IMG/VR virus record: IMGVR_UViG_3300045391_003291
Span: 1-63,860 of that record
Reading direction: 5' to 3' (one strand)
DNA: 63,860 nucleotides
Source of the DNA: a virus
Within the stretch, counting starts at the first letter, position 1, and each line of letters opens with the position of its first letter. The translations under genes and the position numbers were made by a program. Under the pieces are notes generated by a model. The model saw only the letters and a program-made list of their open reading frames with translations, ran no database searches and was not told where the DNA came from. Below, piece after piece: positions 32,683-43,430 of this stretch.

Positions 32683-34331
32683 TGGCAAGTCTTATCGAGG
32701 CAGGACTGCGAGGGTTTGAGGCTGGACAGGCCAGCGAGGCGCAGGCTGCCCAGATGGCGATGGATCAGCGTCGCATCGACCTTGCTCAGAAGCGCGAAGA
32801 GGCTGAGCTCACGCGGCAGAGCAACCTCGATAAGCTGTCCGTGTTGAATGAACGCGCGACGTCTTTGGCAGCACAGGCACGCCCGCATCTGGCCTACATG
32901 AACACCCCGCCTGTCGATCCTCAGAAGGACCCCGAGGGTTACCAGAAGTGGCTGGACAGCGATGAATTCAAGATGCACCACAAGTCAGCTGAAGACATTG
33001 ACTCACAGGTCGGTGACTTGTATCAGCAGAAGACCAAGGTGCAGGACAGCATCATCGGAGCGCACACACAGAGTGTGCACGACCAGGCCAAGCTGGATAT
33101 GGCAGAGGTCATGAGCGGATCGAAGTCCATCACTGACCTTCCTCCGGAACGTGTTGCCGACATTTTCGCGGTCAAGTCGAAAATGGATCCATCGATGTTC
33201 GTCGCCAACGATAAGACAGGGGCGATGCCGATCGATCACGTCAACAATCTAATCCAGGAAGGCATCCAGACCGGAAACTGGCAGGGCAAGAATGATGCTG
33301 TGGCCGCTCTCGTCCCAGAGCTGCATATGGCGATCAATCACCCAATGGCCGGAGGAACTGTCACCGGTGTTTCTGTGTACGACGTGCACATGAATCCGAA
33401 CGACAAGAATCTGCACTTCCAGCCGGTGTATCAGGTCCACATGCCTGATGGCTCCACCAAGATGGTCAAGGGCAAGGACCGCGACGAAAGTATGCCGGTC
33501 TCCCTCGAGCAAATCGGCAAGCGGGCAACCCTCCTTCAACAGGTCGCCAACCTGGCCAAGCATCCCGACCTTCAGTCGAAGATCAAGCAGTCGTTCGACG
33601 AGCAGACGACCGCGTTTCACCGTCTCAACAACGACCTTCTGGCAGCCGGCGTGCCGCAGCACGAATTGCTGCCGGCTCCGTACACCCCGAAAGAAATACC
33701 GCGTGGAGGAAAGCTGGCATTCCTGGATGCCGCCAACCGCCCGGTGATGGGAGCGGACGGCAAGCCTCTCACAATCGAAGGAAACCCTGTTACGTCGACT
33801 GCCGAGCAGCGCGAGGTAATCGCCGACGAACTGCAGAAACAGGATCCCAACCTGTCGCGCGAGGAGGCCATACAGCGCGCCTCGTTGGCCGTTCGGCCGA
33901 TCCAGTACCACGGCGGCCTGGTGACTTCAGACTCGACCATGCAGGCGCCAGCAGGCCGCGGAGCAGGGGCGCAGAAGTACACGGCGGCCGACAAGACCGA
34001 GTACGAGAACAACCTCAAGCAGGCTGTCGCCGATCGCTTCGGTGCTGATCTGTCCGACCTTGACCCCAAGGAAGATCCGATCAACCGGCTTCCGAAGGAG
34101 CAGCAGGCCGAGGCGCGGCACATGTTTAACGGCGCGCGGATCAAGATGCGCAACGATATGCGCAACGGCAAGGAAGTCGACCCGGAAGGTTACCTGCCGA
34201 AGAAGGAAGAGAAGAAGACAGCACCGTCTATGCAGGGGCCAGTTAAGCCAAAAGGTACCGTTTGGACCAGTGGAGATGGTAAAACCAAGCGCATTTCCTT
34301 GGGTAACGGCCAATGGCAGACACAGCAGTAA
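32682..34331 (+). CDS. putative internal virion/ejection protein (549 aa)
   Basis: ORF track; precedes the giant protein. Confidence 0.65.
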   Translation: MASLIEAGLRGFEAGQASEAQAAQMAMDQRRIDLAQKREEAELTRQSNLDKLSVLNERATSLAAQARPHLAYMNTPPVDPQKDPEGYQKWLDSDEFKMHHKSAEDIDSQVGDLYQQKTKVQDSIIGAHTQSVHDQAKLDMAEVMSGSKSITDLPPERVADIFAVKSKMDPSMFVANDKTGAMPIDHVNNLIQEGIQTGNWQGKNDAVAALVPELHMAINHPMAGGTVTGVSVYDVHMNPNDKNLHFQPVYQVHMPDGSTKMVKGKDRDESMPVSLEQIGKRATLLQQVANLAKHPDLQSKIKQSFDEQTTAFHRLNNDLLAAGVPQHELLPAPYTPKEIPRGGKLAFLDAANRPVMGADGKPLTIEGNPVTSTAEQREVIADELQKQDPNLSREEAIQRASLAVRPIQYHGGLVTSDSTMQAPAGRGAGAQKYTAADKTEYENNLKQAVADRFGADLSDLDPKEDPINRLPKEQQAEARHMFNGARIKMRNDMRNGKEVDPEGYLPKKEEKKTAPSMQGPVKPKGTVWTSGDGKTKRISLGNGQWQTQQ

Positions 34332-37300
34332 ACTGGGACGAAGGCTCTTTTCACGACCCCTCACAGTGGGAAGGCGGGTCTTTCTCCGACGAGAACAAGG
34401 CGCCTGGTGCCGGAGAGGCTGCACGCGAAGCCGTACAGACGATGAAGCACGCCGCCAAGTCGGTCGTCGACACCGACATCGAGCTTGGCAAGGCAGCGCT
34501 TCGAGGTGAGCTCCCAGGGGTTGCGGCGCGCGCAGCTGGATCATTCGTCGAGAACATCGCAAGTCTTGCCGCAGCTGTTCCTCTGGCGGCGGCTGAGACG
34601 GCTGCTACCGGCGGTGACTTCGCACAGAACGTTCGCGAAGCCCCAGGCGAGATCATGTCTCACCTTCCGGACCTCACAGAGAAGAGTCCGGTAGCTGAAA
34701 AGGTAGTTGAAACCGCCGGAGAAGTCGGGAACCTTCCTGGACAACTGGTTGGTGACATTGCCTATGACTTGACTGGGAAGCCGATTGCCGGAGCCGCTGG
34801 TCAGGTGGTTGGCAACCTGATCGCCCCTGGCGGTGGAAAGGCCAAGGCTCAAGCGGCCGCTAAGGCTACGGAGCGCGCCGTTGCAGATGCCGCGGCCGCC
34901 AAGATGAAGACGGTCACCGACACGGTAGGCGCCGTAAGCAGGGCTGCCAATGCCAACGATCAGCTCGGTGCTGCTCTGCAAAATCATGCGGTTGCACATG
35001 CCACTGAGAAAGGCATACAGCCGAATATCACCGACCACATCGATGCCGCTGTTGACGCCATTTCAGATGCCGATCACCAGAATCTCAGTGCGCGTTACAA
35101 GGCGCTTCGACAGACCGGTCTATCCGAGGGAGAGGTCAAAGCCGCACTGAAGCAGCATCTGCGCGATACCGCCTCTCGGGTTGCCCCTGAAGCCAAACCG
35201 GTGGATCAGGCTGCATCCTCTGTTCGTGAAGCGTTCGGAACCTCTGAGCCACCGAAGGAAGAAGCGCCGTCAACGGCTCAGTTCGGCGACGATCTAGCCA
35301 AGCAGCGGTCCGGTCTGATGCCGGGCCCCACAGAGGCCCAAGCAGCGCGCATGGCTGATCTGGATCAACAGATCGCTGCCGAGCAGAACAAGTACGTCAA
35401 AGGCGTCCTCACTCGTGAGCGCAAGACCATCCAGGACGTCGTGGACCGCCGGGATGCATCGCTGCGCCTGCATCAGATGGCGATCGACGCTCTGAAGGGC
35501 GGAGATCGGGAACTCCACGATCGAATGATGGCGGAGTCTCAGAAGCTGTCCGGAGAGGATGGCAAGACCTCCACACCTGAGGTTGGAGAGTCTGAACATA
35601 TCGACGTTGAAAGCCCGGACGTCAAAGACGTCGCGAGCAAGCCTGAACCTGTGTCACCGTCCATTGCAGCAGCGCGCAAGGAAGTTCAGGACCTGCGCCA
35701 GGCGCCGAGCACCGAAGGTCTCCAAGTCGGGGAGGCCGAAGACATCACGCTCGAGACGCCGAAGCCGATGGAGGCCCTGCCGGCTCCGGCAAAGCCAGTG
35801 ACTTCCGGAGCACAAGCCGCAGGCAGCTCAACCGAGCTCGACGCTGCTATGCGAGACGCCACGCCAAATGAGCGTGCACGCATGCTTGGGTATCCTGGAG
35901 ATCACCCGGAAGAAGCACCGCCCAATACCGTTGTCGATCGCGCTGTCGGCCTGGCAGGCGGTAAATCAAAGGATGGTTCTACCACCTACATCTCCAGGAA
36001 GATTCCTCAGTATCTAGAGGTTACCAACCGCGCCGGCGAACCTGTCGTAGTCCCTGTGTGGAAGGAAATCGCCGCGCACGAGGGAAAGGAATTCCCGAAG
36101 ATCGAGCAGCTCGGTTACGACTCCGCTCACGACAATCATGGCAACGCGGCAACCTCCAGCTTTCTGGAAAAGTACGACGTCGACCCGCGCGCGTATCAAA
36201 ACGCTCTACGCCCCTATATTCACGATGCCGAGCTCGATGCCATCCGCCATCCGGATGCCGTCCCGCAGGATCTCGACCACAGACCCTATGCCAAGGGTTT
36301 CGCCTATAGCCCGGCAGAGCATCTGTTGGGCGAGAAACACCCATGGAACCGGATGCACGCAGGCAATCGCCGCGTTGCCGATCGCCAAGCGGCTCGCGAT
36401 GCGCGCCTGAAAGAATTGGAGGCTGAACATGCAAACCGAGACTCCGCCAAGCCAGCCGCAGACTCAGTATCGAGCGGGGATCAAGTACGCTCCGAAGAAG
36501 CGAAAGCCGGGGATCAAGAAAAAGTAGGAGCCTCCAATGCCAGCCCAGTACGAAGCGATCAGGGACAAGTTCATCAAGGAAGGGATTCCGGAGGCCGAGG
36601 CGAAGACGCGCGCGGCAAAGATATTCAACGCACACCGAAAGCCCGGAGTGGCACCGGTGACAGGACCGGAGAAGCGTCCCGGGATACACGTACCCAAGAG
36701 GTGATCAGCGATGAAAAACGAACCAACCAAGAAGGCGCCAAAGGTGCCGATGGTGGACAAGAAGGGCAGCGGAGTTCAGCAGCCAAAGCCACAGAAGCCG
36801 CAGCTGGTGAACGGCGGCCGTCCGGGGATACTGGTCCCGGTGAAGCGGTAAGCCATGCCGACAAGAACGCGGGCGAACGCCAAGGCGTCGGAGATCAGGG
36901 CAGCCAGGCAGAAGAAGCAGCAGCCGGCGAGCGTGCTTCTGGAGCAGGCGAAGCAGCGGACGAAGGAAGCGCTGGAGCGGGGGAAGCAGGAGACTCAGTA
37001 GAGTTCAACCGTGGTGATCATGTTCGCCGCGGCATGCTTCCAAAGACTGTTCAGCAGATCGCAGAACACGTTACGCGCAACTGGCACAACGCGCCAAAGA
37101 TCAACATCATCGGATCGATGGATGAGGCGCACCCGTCTGTGCTGAAGGAATATCGCCGGCAGCAAGCTGGCGGAGCGCGCGGTGCTCCTGTTGCATGGCA
37201 TCACAACGGCACCATTACGCTCAACGCATCTGCCCTGCGCGATACCCGCCATGTCCTGGAAAACATATTCCACGAAACCGTAGGTCACTACGGCGTGCAA

Positions 37301-40129
37301 GGAGCATTCGGCGATCGTCTTGGACCGATGCTCGATCATGTTGTGAAGAACAACGAAGCGGACGTTCGCGCAAAGGCAGCGTCTTACGGACTGGATTGGA
37401 ACAAGCTATCGGACCGCAGGAAAGCGGCCGAGGAGGTTCTCGCACGCCTGGCGGAGCAGAACCCCAAGCTTCCTGTTGTCCGCCGTGCGCTGGCCGCAAT
37501 CAGGAGCTGGCTGCGCGATCACATCCCGCAGCTCAAGGGGATGTCGTTCACTGACGACGAGTTGGTTCATCATTTCCTGGCACCGGCGAAGCGCTTTGTC
37601 GAGCGCGGTCTCGATATGGCGCATGACGGCGAGACCGCCGGCGCTCCGAATGCAGCTCTGGATCCGGCGGCGAACTCACCAGCGTTCGCCCGTGGCGGCC
37701 TGGTAGCGCCACCTCCAGAGGCACGAGACATCACCTGGAACATGTTTCGCGAGCGTCTGGCCAAAGTGGCCCGCTACACCGAGACGGCTGATGCCAAGCT
37801 TGAGCCTGCGCGTAAGTTGATCGACACCATGATCGGTAAGGATTACCAGAAGGTGAAGGATGCCTATCACGAGTATGAGACCACGGGACGAACCACCACG
37901 CTTCCGGAACTCAACCCGGTATTCCAAGAGATCAAGCGCACCGGTGATGCAATTCACGCGGCGATCGTGGCCACCGGCAAACCGCTCGGGTACATCCAAA
38001 ACCACCTAGTCCACGCCTACAAGGACCCGAAAAAGGCAGAGCAGTGGTTCTCAGACTACTTCCGCAAGAACCCTCTCACCAAGGCTGGCTTCACAAAGGA
38101 GCGCTACTACGACACCTTGCGCGACGCTGAGGCCGCCGGCCTCGAGCCGTTGAGCAAGAACATCATCGACACCCAGATGATGCGCTGGGCGCAGATGAAG
38201 CAGTACGAGCAGATGCATGCTCACCGAGCCGACCTGGAAGCGCGCGGCTGGCTGCAGTCGAACCCGTCAGGAGCCTTCGGAACGCCGACTGGGTGGGCAA
38301 AGGTCAACGACCCACTGTTCCAGGACTACCTGGTTCCGGAAGGCGTTGCCAGGGATCTGAACAACTACCTCAATCCAGGCATCGATCGCGAAACGTGGTG
38401 GAAGACCTACCGCGGCATCCAAGGCGGCGTGACGTCAGTCAACCTCGGGCTTTCCGCCTTCCATCCTCTGGCGACAACCTTCGACCTCGTCAGCTCTCGC
38501 CTGCAATCGACTTTCGAACGCCTGGCGCGCGGACAATTCGATCTTGCCGCCAAGGAAGTCGTCCATCTCCCTGGTGATCTGGTGAGCGCCTTCACGGCCG
38601 CCGCCGGCAAAGGCCGTGGTCACGAATTGCAGTCTGTGTGGCGCGGACTGGTGCAGGGAGACCCTGTGACACAGCTCATTGCCAACATGGCTGAGAAGGG
38701 CGGCGCGCGCGGCCAGATGATGCCAACGAGTGACGGGATTGCCTGGACCCAGATGCAGCGCAAGTGGCGCCAGAGAGACTTGCTTGCGGCCGGCGGCCAA
38801 GGCCTGAAGGCGTTGATGGAAAACACAGGCCCTGTCATTCACCACCAGATCGTTCCGGCGCAGAAATGGATCGCCAAGGACATCCTGATCCGCCTTGAGC
38901 TCGACAAGCGCGCCAAGGCTCTTGGCGTGAAGCCTGGTGATTACCAGGCCATCGGCAGCCTGATGAGTGACGACGCCACCAGACAGATCATGGCTCGAGC
39001 TGTGGACGCTGTGGACGACCGCTTGGGCCAGTACACGTACGTGAATCGCCGCATCAACAAAATGGTGCTGACAGGCCTGCAGGCTGGCCTACGGTCGCCA
39101 GGCTGGTTCATGGGTGGTGTGAATACGATGCTGGGTCCGGTCATGGACCTGCGGAGACTGGCCGACCCTGAGAAGCTGGTAGCGCCTCTGGATAAGGCCG
39201 GCAACATCACGAACGCCAATATGGGACGCCTGACAAGCCGTGTCGGTTACCTGGCCACCATGATGTCCGCGTACGCCATGCTCAACGGCGGCATCAACTA
39301 CGAGCTCGGGCAGAGTCATCCGGAGCACGGCGGTATCAAGGACTGGCGCGACTACTTCTCTATCAGATTCCCGGATGGGCACCGGTTCATCCCGGCCAGC
39401 TACGCAAAGGAATTCTTCGAACTGACGCGTGCACCGCTGCACCGTGTCGAGTCCGCGGCTTCACCGGTGATCCACATCGCATCTCAGGGACTCGGTGCCA
39501 TCATGGCCGCCATGGGTACCGACACGCCGCTGAATCGTGACTACTTCGGGAACATGAACATCGACCCCGATGCCGACCACGAAAAGCAGTTCGAACAGCT
39601 GGTGAAGTGGGCTGGCAAGCAGGTGACCCCGTTCGCTCTCTCTGGAAGCGGTCAGATCGTTGACGGCACGCCGACAGAGAAGCTGCTCCCCTATCTAGGG
39701 TTCCCGACCGCTCCCAAGGCGCTGACGAACACCGCCTTTCAGGAGTTCGTCGAGAATCGGTACTACGCGCACAAGTCGGCCGGCAATCTTCCGCCAGAGC
39801 AGGCCGAGCGCAAGCACGCCATCAGCGACGCCATCAAGATGTACAAGGTCAACCCGGACACGGACCTGTCCAGCTTTACCGCCAAGGAGCGCGAGCAGAT
39901 CAAGCGCTACGCCAAAGGAGATGTCGAGTCCTACCGGTTCAGTCAATTGACGCTCAGGCAGCAGCTGCAGGCCTGGGACAAGGCATCAGACGAGGAGAAG
40001 GAAAAGCTCCAGCTGCGCAAGTTGATCCAACACAAGTACCTGTCCAAGGCCGGGCAGGAAGAGATCAGGTCAATGGATGCCGATAACGCACGGAAGGTGC
40101 GAGAGCAGATACGAGCGACACGCCAATGA
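34313..40129 (+). CDS. giant virion 'polyvalent' protein (1938 aa) with a zincin-like metallopeptidase motif
   Basis: Largest ORF in the window. ENIFHETVGHYGVQGAF at about aa 985. A long disordered Gly/Glu/Ala/Asp/Lys-rich segment at about aa 690-890. Located in the tail/internal-protein module. Confidence 0.8.
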   Translation: MADTAVNWDEGSFHDPSQWEGGSFSDENKAPGAGEAAREAVQTMKHAAKSVVDTDIELGKAALRGELPGVAARAAGSFVENIASLAAAVPLAAAETAATGGDFAQNVREAPGEIMSHLPDLTEKSPVAEKVVETAGEVGNLPGQLVGDIAYDLTGKPIAGAAGQVVGNLIAPGGGKAKAQAAAKATERAVADAAAAKMKTVTDTVGAVSRAANANDQLGAALQNHAVAHATEKGIQPNITDHIDAAVDAISDADHQNLSARYKALRQTGLSEGEVKAALKQHLRDTASRVAPEAKPVDQAASSVREAFGTSEPPKEEAPSTAQFGDDLAKQRSGLMPGPTEAQAARMADLDQQIAAEQNKYVKGVLTRERKTIQDVVDRRDASLRLHQMAIDALKGGDRELHDRMMAESQKLSGEDGKTSTPEVGESEHIDVESPDVKDVASKPEPVSPSIAAARKEVQDLRQAPSTEGLQVGEAEDITLETPKPMEALPAPAKPVTSGAQAAGSSTELDAAMRDATPNERARMLGYPGDHPEEAPPNTVVDRAVGLAGGKSKDGSTTYISRKIPQYLEVTNRAGEPVVVPVWKEIAAHEGKEFPKIEQLGYDSAHDNHGNAATSSFLEKYDVDPRAYQNALRPYIHDAELDAIRHPDAVPQDLDHRPYAKGFAYSPAEHLLGEKHPWNRMHAGNRRVADRQAARDARLKELEAEHANRDSAKPAADSVSSGDQVRSEEAKAGDQEKVGASNASPVRSDQGQVHQGRDSGGRGEDARGKDIQRTPKARSGTGDRTGEASRDTRTQEVISDEKRTNQEGAKGADGGQEGQRSSAAKATEAAAGERRPSGDTGPGEAVSHADKNAGERQGVGDQGSQAEEAAAGERASGAGEAADEGSAGAGEAGDSVEFNRGDHVRRGMLPKTVQQIAEHVTRNWHNAPKINIIGSMDEAHPSVLKEYRRQQAGGARGAPVAWHHNGTITLNASALRDTRHVLENIFHETVGHYGVQGAFGDRLGPMLDHVVKNNEADVRAKAASYGLDWNKLSDRRKAAEEVLARLAEQNPKLPVVRRALAAIRSWLRDHIPQLKGMSFTDDELVHHFLAPAKRFVERGLDMAHDGETAGAPNAALDPAANSPAFARGGLVAPPPEARDITWNMFRERLAKVARYTETADAKLEPARKLIDTMIGKDYQKVKDAYHEYETTGRTTTLPELNPVFQEIKRTGDAIHAAIVATGKPLGYIQNHLVHAYKDPKKAEQWFSDYFRKNPLTKAGFTKERYYDTLRDAEAAGLEPLSKNIIDTQMMRWAQMKQYEQMHAHRADLEARGWLQSNPSGAFGTPTGWAKVNDPLFQDYLVPEGVARDLNNYLNPGIDRETWWKTYRGIQGGVTSVNLGLSAFHPLATTFDLVSSRLQSTFERLARGQFDLAAKEVVHLPGDLVSAFTAAAGKGRGHELQSVWRGLVQGDPVTQLIANMAEKGGARGQMMPTSDGIAWTQMQRKWRQRDLLAAGGQGLKALMENTGPVIHHQIVPAQKWIAKDILIRLELDKRAKALGVKPGDYQAIGSLMSDDATRQIMARAVDAVDDRLGQYTYVNRRINKMVLTGLQAGLRSPGWFMGGVNTMLGPVMDLRRLADPEKLVAPLDKAGNITNANMGRLTSRVGYLATMMSAYAMLNGGINYELGQSHPEHGGIKDWRDYFSIRFPDGHRFIPASYAKEFFELTRAPLHRVESAASPVIHIASQGLGAIMAAMGTDTPLNRDYFGNMNIDPDADHEKQFEQLVKWAGKQVTPFALSGSGQIVDGTPTEKLLPYLGFPTAPKALTNTAFQEFVENRYYAHKSAGNLPPEQAERKHAISDAIKMYKVNPDTDLSSFTAKEREQIKRYAKGDVESYRFSQLTLRQQLQAWDKASDEEKEKLQLRKLIQHKYLSKAGQEEIRSMDADNARKVREQIRATRQ

Positions 40130-40383
40130 GCAATTCGAATCCGTACGCCGATCTCCAGATTCAGGACAACCCTGCTGCAGCGCATACGAACCTGAAAAAC
40201 ATCGTCACCCGCTGGAATCTCCTGATGAGGCATCTGGGTACGAATGTGGCCACCAAGCAGCAGATATCCACTGCCAGCACGGATGTGTCTGGTCTTGCCG
40301 CCCGTGTGGCAGTTCTTGAAACTGAGGTGTCGGCATTGGAAGCTACGTCAACTCAACGAACCTTCGCCTTCTTCTCAGGATGA
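40126..40383 (+). CDS. small coiled-coil protein (85 aa)
   Basis: ATGA overlap. Confidence 0.6.
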   Translation: MSNSNPYADLQIQDNPAAAHTNLKNIVTRWNLLMRHLGTNVATKQQISTASTDVSGLAARVAVLETEVSALEATSTQRTFAFFSG

Positions 40384-41300
40384 TTACTCTCGGTCCATCT
40401 CAGCTTCTTGCTGCATCCGCGTCGGTCGGATCATCCGTTACGTGCACGGTATTCGGAGACCAACTTCAGACAGCCTCCGATAACTTCAAGGCGATCTACC
40501 AGGGCCAGCTGATCACTTCAGCGACGCAGCTGTTCTCCAACAACAGCTCTCAGCAGGCCCTCATCAAAGCCATTCATCTGGCCAACACCAGCGCTTCGAA
40601 TGTCACTGTGAAGTTCTACACGGGCGGCACCGCGGTTTCGAATCAGATCGTCTCCATGCTGATTCCTGCCGGCGGCAGCGCCACGTACGAAAGTGGCCAA
40701 GGCTGGTCTGTTTATGACGCCAATGGCGTCGTCCAGGTCGGCCAGGCCACGGTTACCTACAACTTAGTCCTGTCCCAGGCGAGTGCCTCATCCCTGACGC
40801 CGAATGTCGATCAGTACTCGATGTATGCGTTCACTGCTCTGGCGGCTGGCCTGACGATCAATGCCCCCACTGGAACGCTCACTGATGGTCGACAGCTGGA
40901 GTTCAGGATTTACGACAACGGCACCACCCGTGCCTTGACATGGAATGCAATCTTCAAGGCTGGGGTTTACGCGTTGCCGGCCGCCACAGTCGTCGGTCAG
41001 ATCCTGTATGTGCAAGTGCAATACGATTCCAATCGTGCCGTATGGGATGTGATCAACGTCACCAGCGGTGATGTGCTTGCACCCAAGATCATCGCCTCAG
41101 GCAGTGCCATTCTGGTGGCTGGTACGAAGGCTGTTGCCTTTGCTTCAATACTTGGTACCGACCAGGTTCAGATTACGGTGGCAACACCCGGCGGCGCACA
41201 AGGTTTCTTGTCGGCTCCGGTTACAGCTGGCGTCGGATTCACCATCAACAGCACCTCAGCTACCGAGACCTCAACGGTGTTCTGGTCGATTATCCGTTAA
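40380..41300 (+). CDS. tail fibre/host-recognition module protein (306 aa)
   Basis: ATGA overlap; beta-rich, Ser/Thr/Ala-rich. Confidence 0.6.
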   Translation: MITLGPSQLLAASASVGSSVTCTVFGDQLQTASDNFKAIYQGQLITSATQLFSNNSSQQALIKAIHLANTSASNVTVKFYTGGTAVSNQIVSMLIPAGGSATYESGQGWSVYDANGVVQVGQATVTYNLVLSQASASSLTPNVDQYSMYAFTALAAGLTINAPTGTLTDGRQLEFRIYDNGTTRALTWNAIFKAGVYALPAATVVGQILYVQVQYDSNRAVWDVINVTSGDVLAPKIIASGSAILVAGTKAVAFASILGTDQVQITVATPGGAQGFLSAPVTAGVGFTINSTSATETSTVFWSIIR

Positions 41301-41344
41301 CGTGCGTACAATGAGATGCGCACAAAGTGATTTGGAGAACAAGT

Positions 41345-43186
41345 ATGCGTAAGTTCGTGATGCTGATGGCAGCTCTTGTGAGTGGCATTGCGCTTGCGCA
41401 ATCACCAACCCAAATGCCGCTGCGACAGGGTATTCCTCAGCTGGTACAGCAACCTCAGTCCGATACCCAGATCCTCTTTCTGGACAGCACGGACGGCCTG
41501 CTGAAGCTCAAGAGCTATACAGGCGCTCTTACCACCATCGGCTCCGGAGCTGCTGGCGGCAGCAATGGTCAGCCGCAGTACAACCTCAATGGCGCATTTG
41601 CTGGCTTCACATTCGGAGGGGACTGCACTTTCGCGGTTCCGAACCTTACCTGCACGAAGACCGGCGGCGTCTCATTTGCAACGTCGGCAACCGTTGATAC
41701 AACCAATGCGAACAACATCACGGCAGGCACTCTCGCTGCTGCCCGCGGTGGCGCCGGCACTGTCAATGGATTGATGAAGGCCAATGGCTCTGGCGTGGTG
41801 GCAGCGGTCACCATCGGCTCTGGCCTGAGTTATGACGGAACGACTCTGTCATCGACAGGCAGTGGCGGTACAGTTACTACAGTCTCGTCAGGTAATCTGA
41901 GTGGCCTATTCACGGTTGGTGTGGACACACCAACCTCTACTCCGGCCTTTACTTTCACGCCGGCTTCTGTCACTGCAAATTTCATTCTGGCTGGCCCATG
42001 CGGTGGTGGCCCTGCCGCATGGACTCTGCGCGCCGTCTGCGCTTCAGATATTCCTGTGTTGCCGGATACCCAGATATCGTCCAGCTCAGTACCTGGTCAG
42101 AGCTACGTCAGCGGCGCACTGACCGACCTGCAGACCTACGCAGCCCGCATCAACGTCGCCAACACCTGGACAGCGTCGCAGCAGATCAATGCCGCGCTGG
42201 GTCTTGGTGTCGCCCCTGCCACTGGCGCCGCTCTTGAGATCGGCGGCAGTCGCTCATCGGCTGCATGGACGACCAATGGCCTGTTGATTCGCCAGGATGC
42301 CGCGACTCTCACCGACACCTCGTCTAGCGGCACCGTCGCGTCGATGTACACCAACGTCTTCGGTAACCAAACCCTGGTTGCCAGCAGCTCGACGACGTAT
42401 ACCACCCATGCCGCCAACTATTTCAAGAACGACACTGCCAGCACAAACGTGTCGATCGGCAGCAACTTCGCTGCGATCTTCGACGGCGCCACGAACTTCA
42501 CCAACGGTTCTGTTTCAATCACTGGCGCGCGCCTGACGTTCCAGACCTCAGCTTCAGCGACGCAATGGGGTAATGTCGGTCGCCAGATCAATGGCACGGC
42601 CGCCACCTATACCGATAGCTCTACGGCCGGTTCAGGCACGGCTGCACTAGAGGCGATCAACAGCTTTGTAGCCTCGACGCTGGCCTCTACGAACAGCTCT
42701 GTGACAACGACTGACGCGGCTGAGGTATACATCAGTGGCGCCGTGATCAAGGGCAGCAATAACACGGCAACAGCGAGTTATGGATTACTGATCGACACCA
42801 CGAACGTCGGTGCACAAACCGCCTCTTATGGTCTTCGCGTCAAAGCGCAAACTGGTGCGACAACGAACTGGTCAGCGTGGCTTGATGGCGCGGTGAAGCT
42901 CGGCGGTCATGTAGTGACTAGTGGCACTGCTCCGAGCTTGTCATCCTGCGGATCGAGCCCATCGATATCAGGTACGGATATGGCCGGCACTGTAACCGCT
43001 GGTGGAACTGCTACCGCGTGTACTGTCACCTTTGCCTCAGCGTGGTCTGCCGCTCCGCACTGCAATGTCACTCCGCAGACTGGCAGCGTTACCAACACCT
43101 TCAGCTATTCCATTTCGACCACTGCCATCACGGTTACGGAAACTGGCCTTGGCGGTGGTTTGTTCGACTACAACTGCACTCAATAG
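41345..43186 (+). CDS. tail-fibre-like protein with a signal-peptide-like N-terminus (613 aa)
   Basis: ATG after GGAGAA. MRKFVMLMAALVSGIALA-QS. Fibre-like motif NITAGTLAAARGGAGT. Thr/Ser/Gly/Ala-rich. Confidence 0.65.
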   Translation: MRKFVMLMAALVSGIALAQSPTQMPLRQGIPQLVQQPQSDTQILFLDSTDGLLKLKSYTGALTTIGSGAAGGSNGQPQYNLNGAFAGFTFGGDCTFAVPNLTCTKTGGVSFATSATVDTTNANNITAGTLAAARGGAGTVNGLMKANGSGVVAAVTIGSGLSYDGTTLSSTGSGGTVTTVSSGNLSGLFTVGVDTPTSTPAFTFTPASVTANFILAGPCGGGPAAWTLRAVCASDIPVLPDTQISSSSVPGQSYVSGALTDLQTYAARINVANTWTASQQINAALGLGVAPATGAALEIGGSRSSAAWTTNGLLIRQDAATLTDTSSSGTVASMYTNVFGNQTLVASSSTTYTTHAANYFKNDTASTNVSIGSNFAAIFDGATNFTNGSVSITGARLTFQTSASATQWGNVGRQINGTAATYTDSSTAGSGTAALEAINSFVASTLASTNSSVTTTDAAEVYISGAVIKGSNNTATASYGLLIDTTNVGAQTASYGLRVKAQTGATTNWSAWLDGAVKLGGHVVTSGTAPSLSSCGSSPSISGTDMAGTVTAGGTATACTVTFASAWSAAPHCNVTPQTGSVTNTFSYSISTTAITVTETGLGGGLFDYNCTQ

Positions 43187-43195
43187 GAGATTGTC

Positions 43196-43420
43196 GTGAT
43201 CAGATTCATGATCGGTCTTGCCTGCCTTTCCGTCGCACTGGTTGCCGGCGCCGATGACAAGCCCAAGGATTACTCCATTCACCTGACAGATCAGGACTTG
43301 GCGGTTATATGGACCGGCCTACAAGAGCTGCCAGGCAAGGTAGCTGATGAGACAAAAGCGAAGATCCAGGCTCAGTATCTTCAGCAGAAGAAGCCCGAGG
43401 CGCCTGCGCCCAGCAAATAG
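43196..43420 (+). CDS. small secreted-type protein (74 aa)
   Basis: GTG 7 nt after GGAG. MIRFMIGLACLSVALVAGA-DD. Confidence 0.55.
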   Translation: MIRFMIGLACLSVALVAGADDKPKDYSIHLTDQDLAVIWTGLQELPGKVADETKAKIQAQYLQQKKPEAPAPSK

Positions 43421-43430
43421 GTGACAGCCA

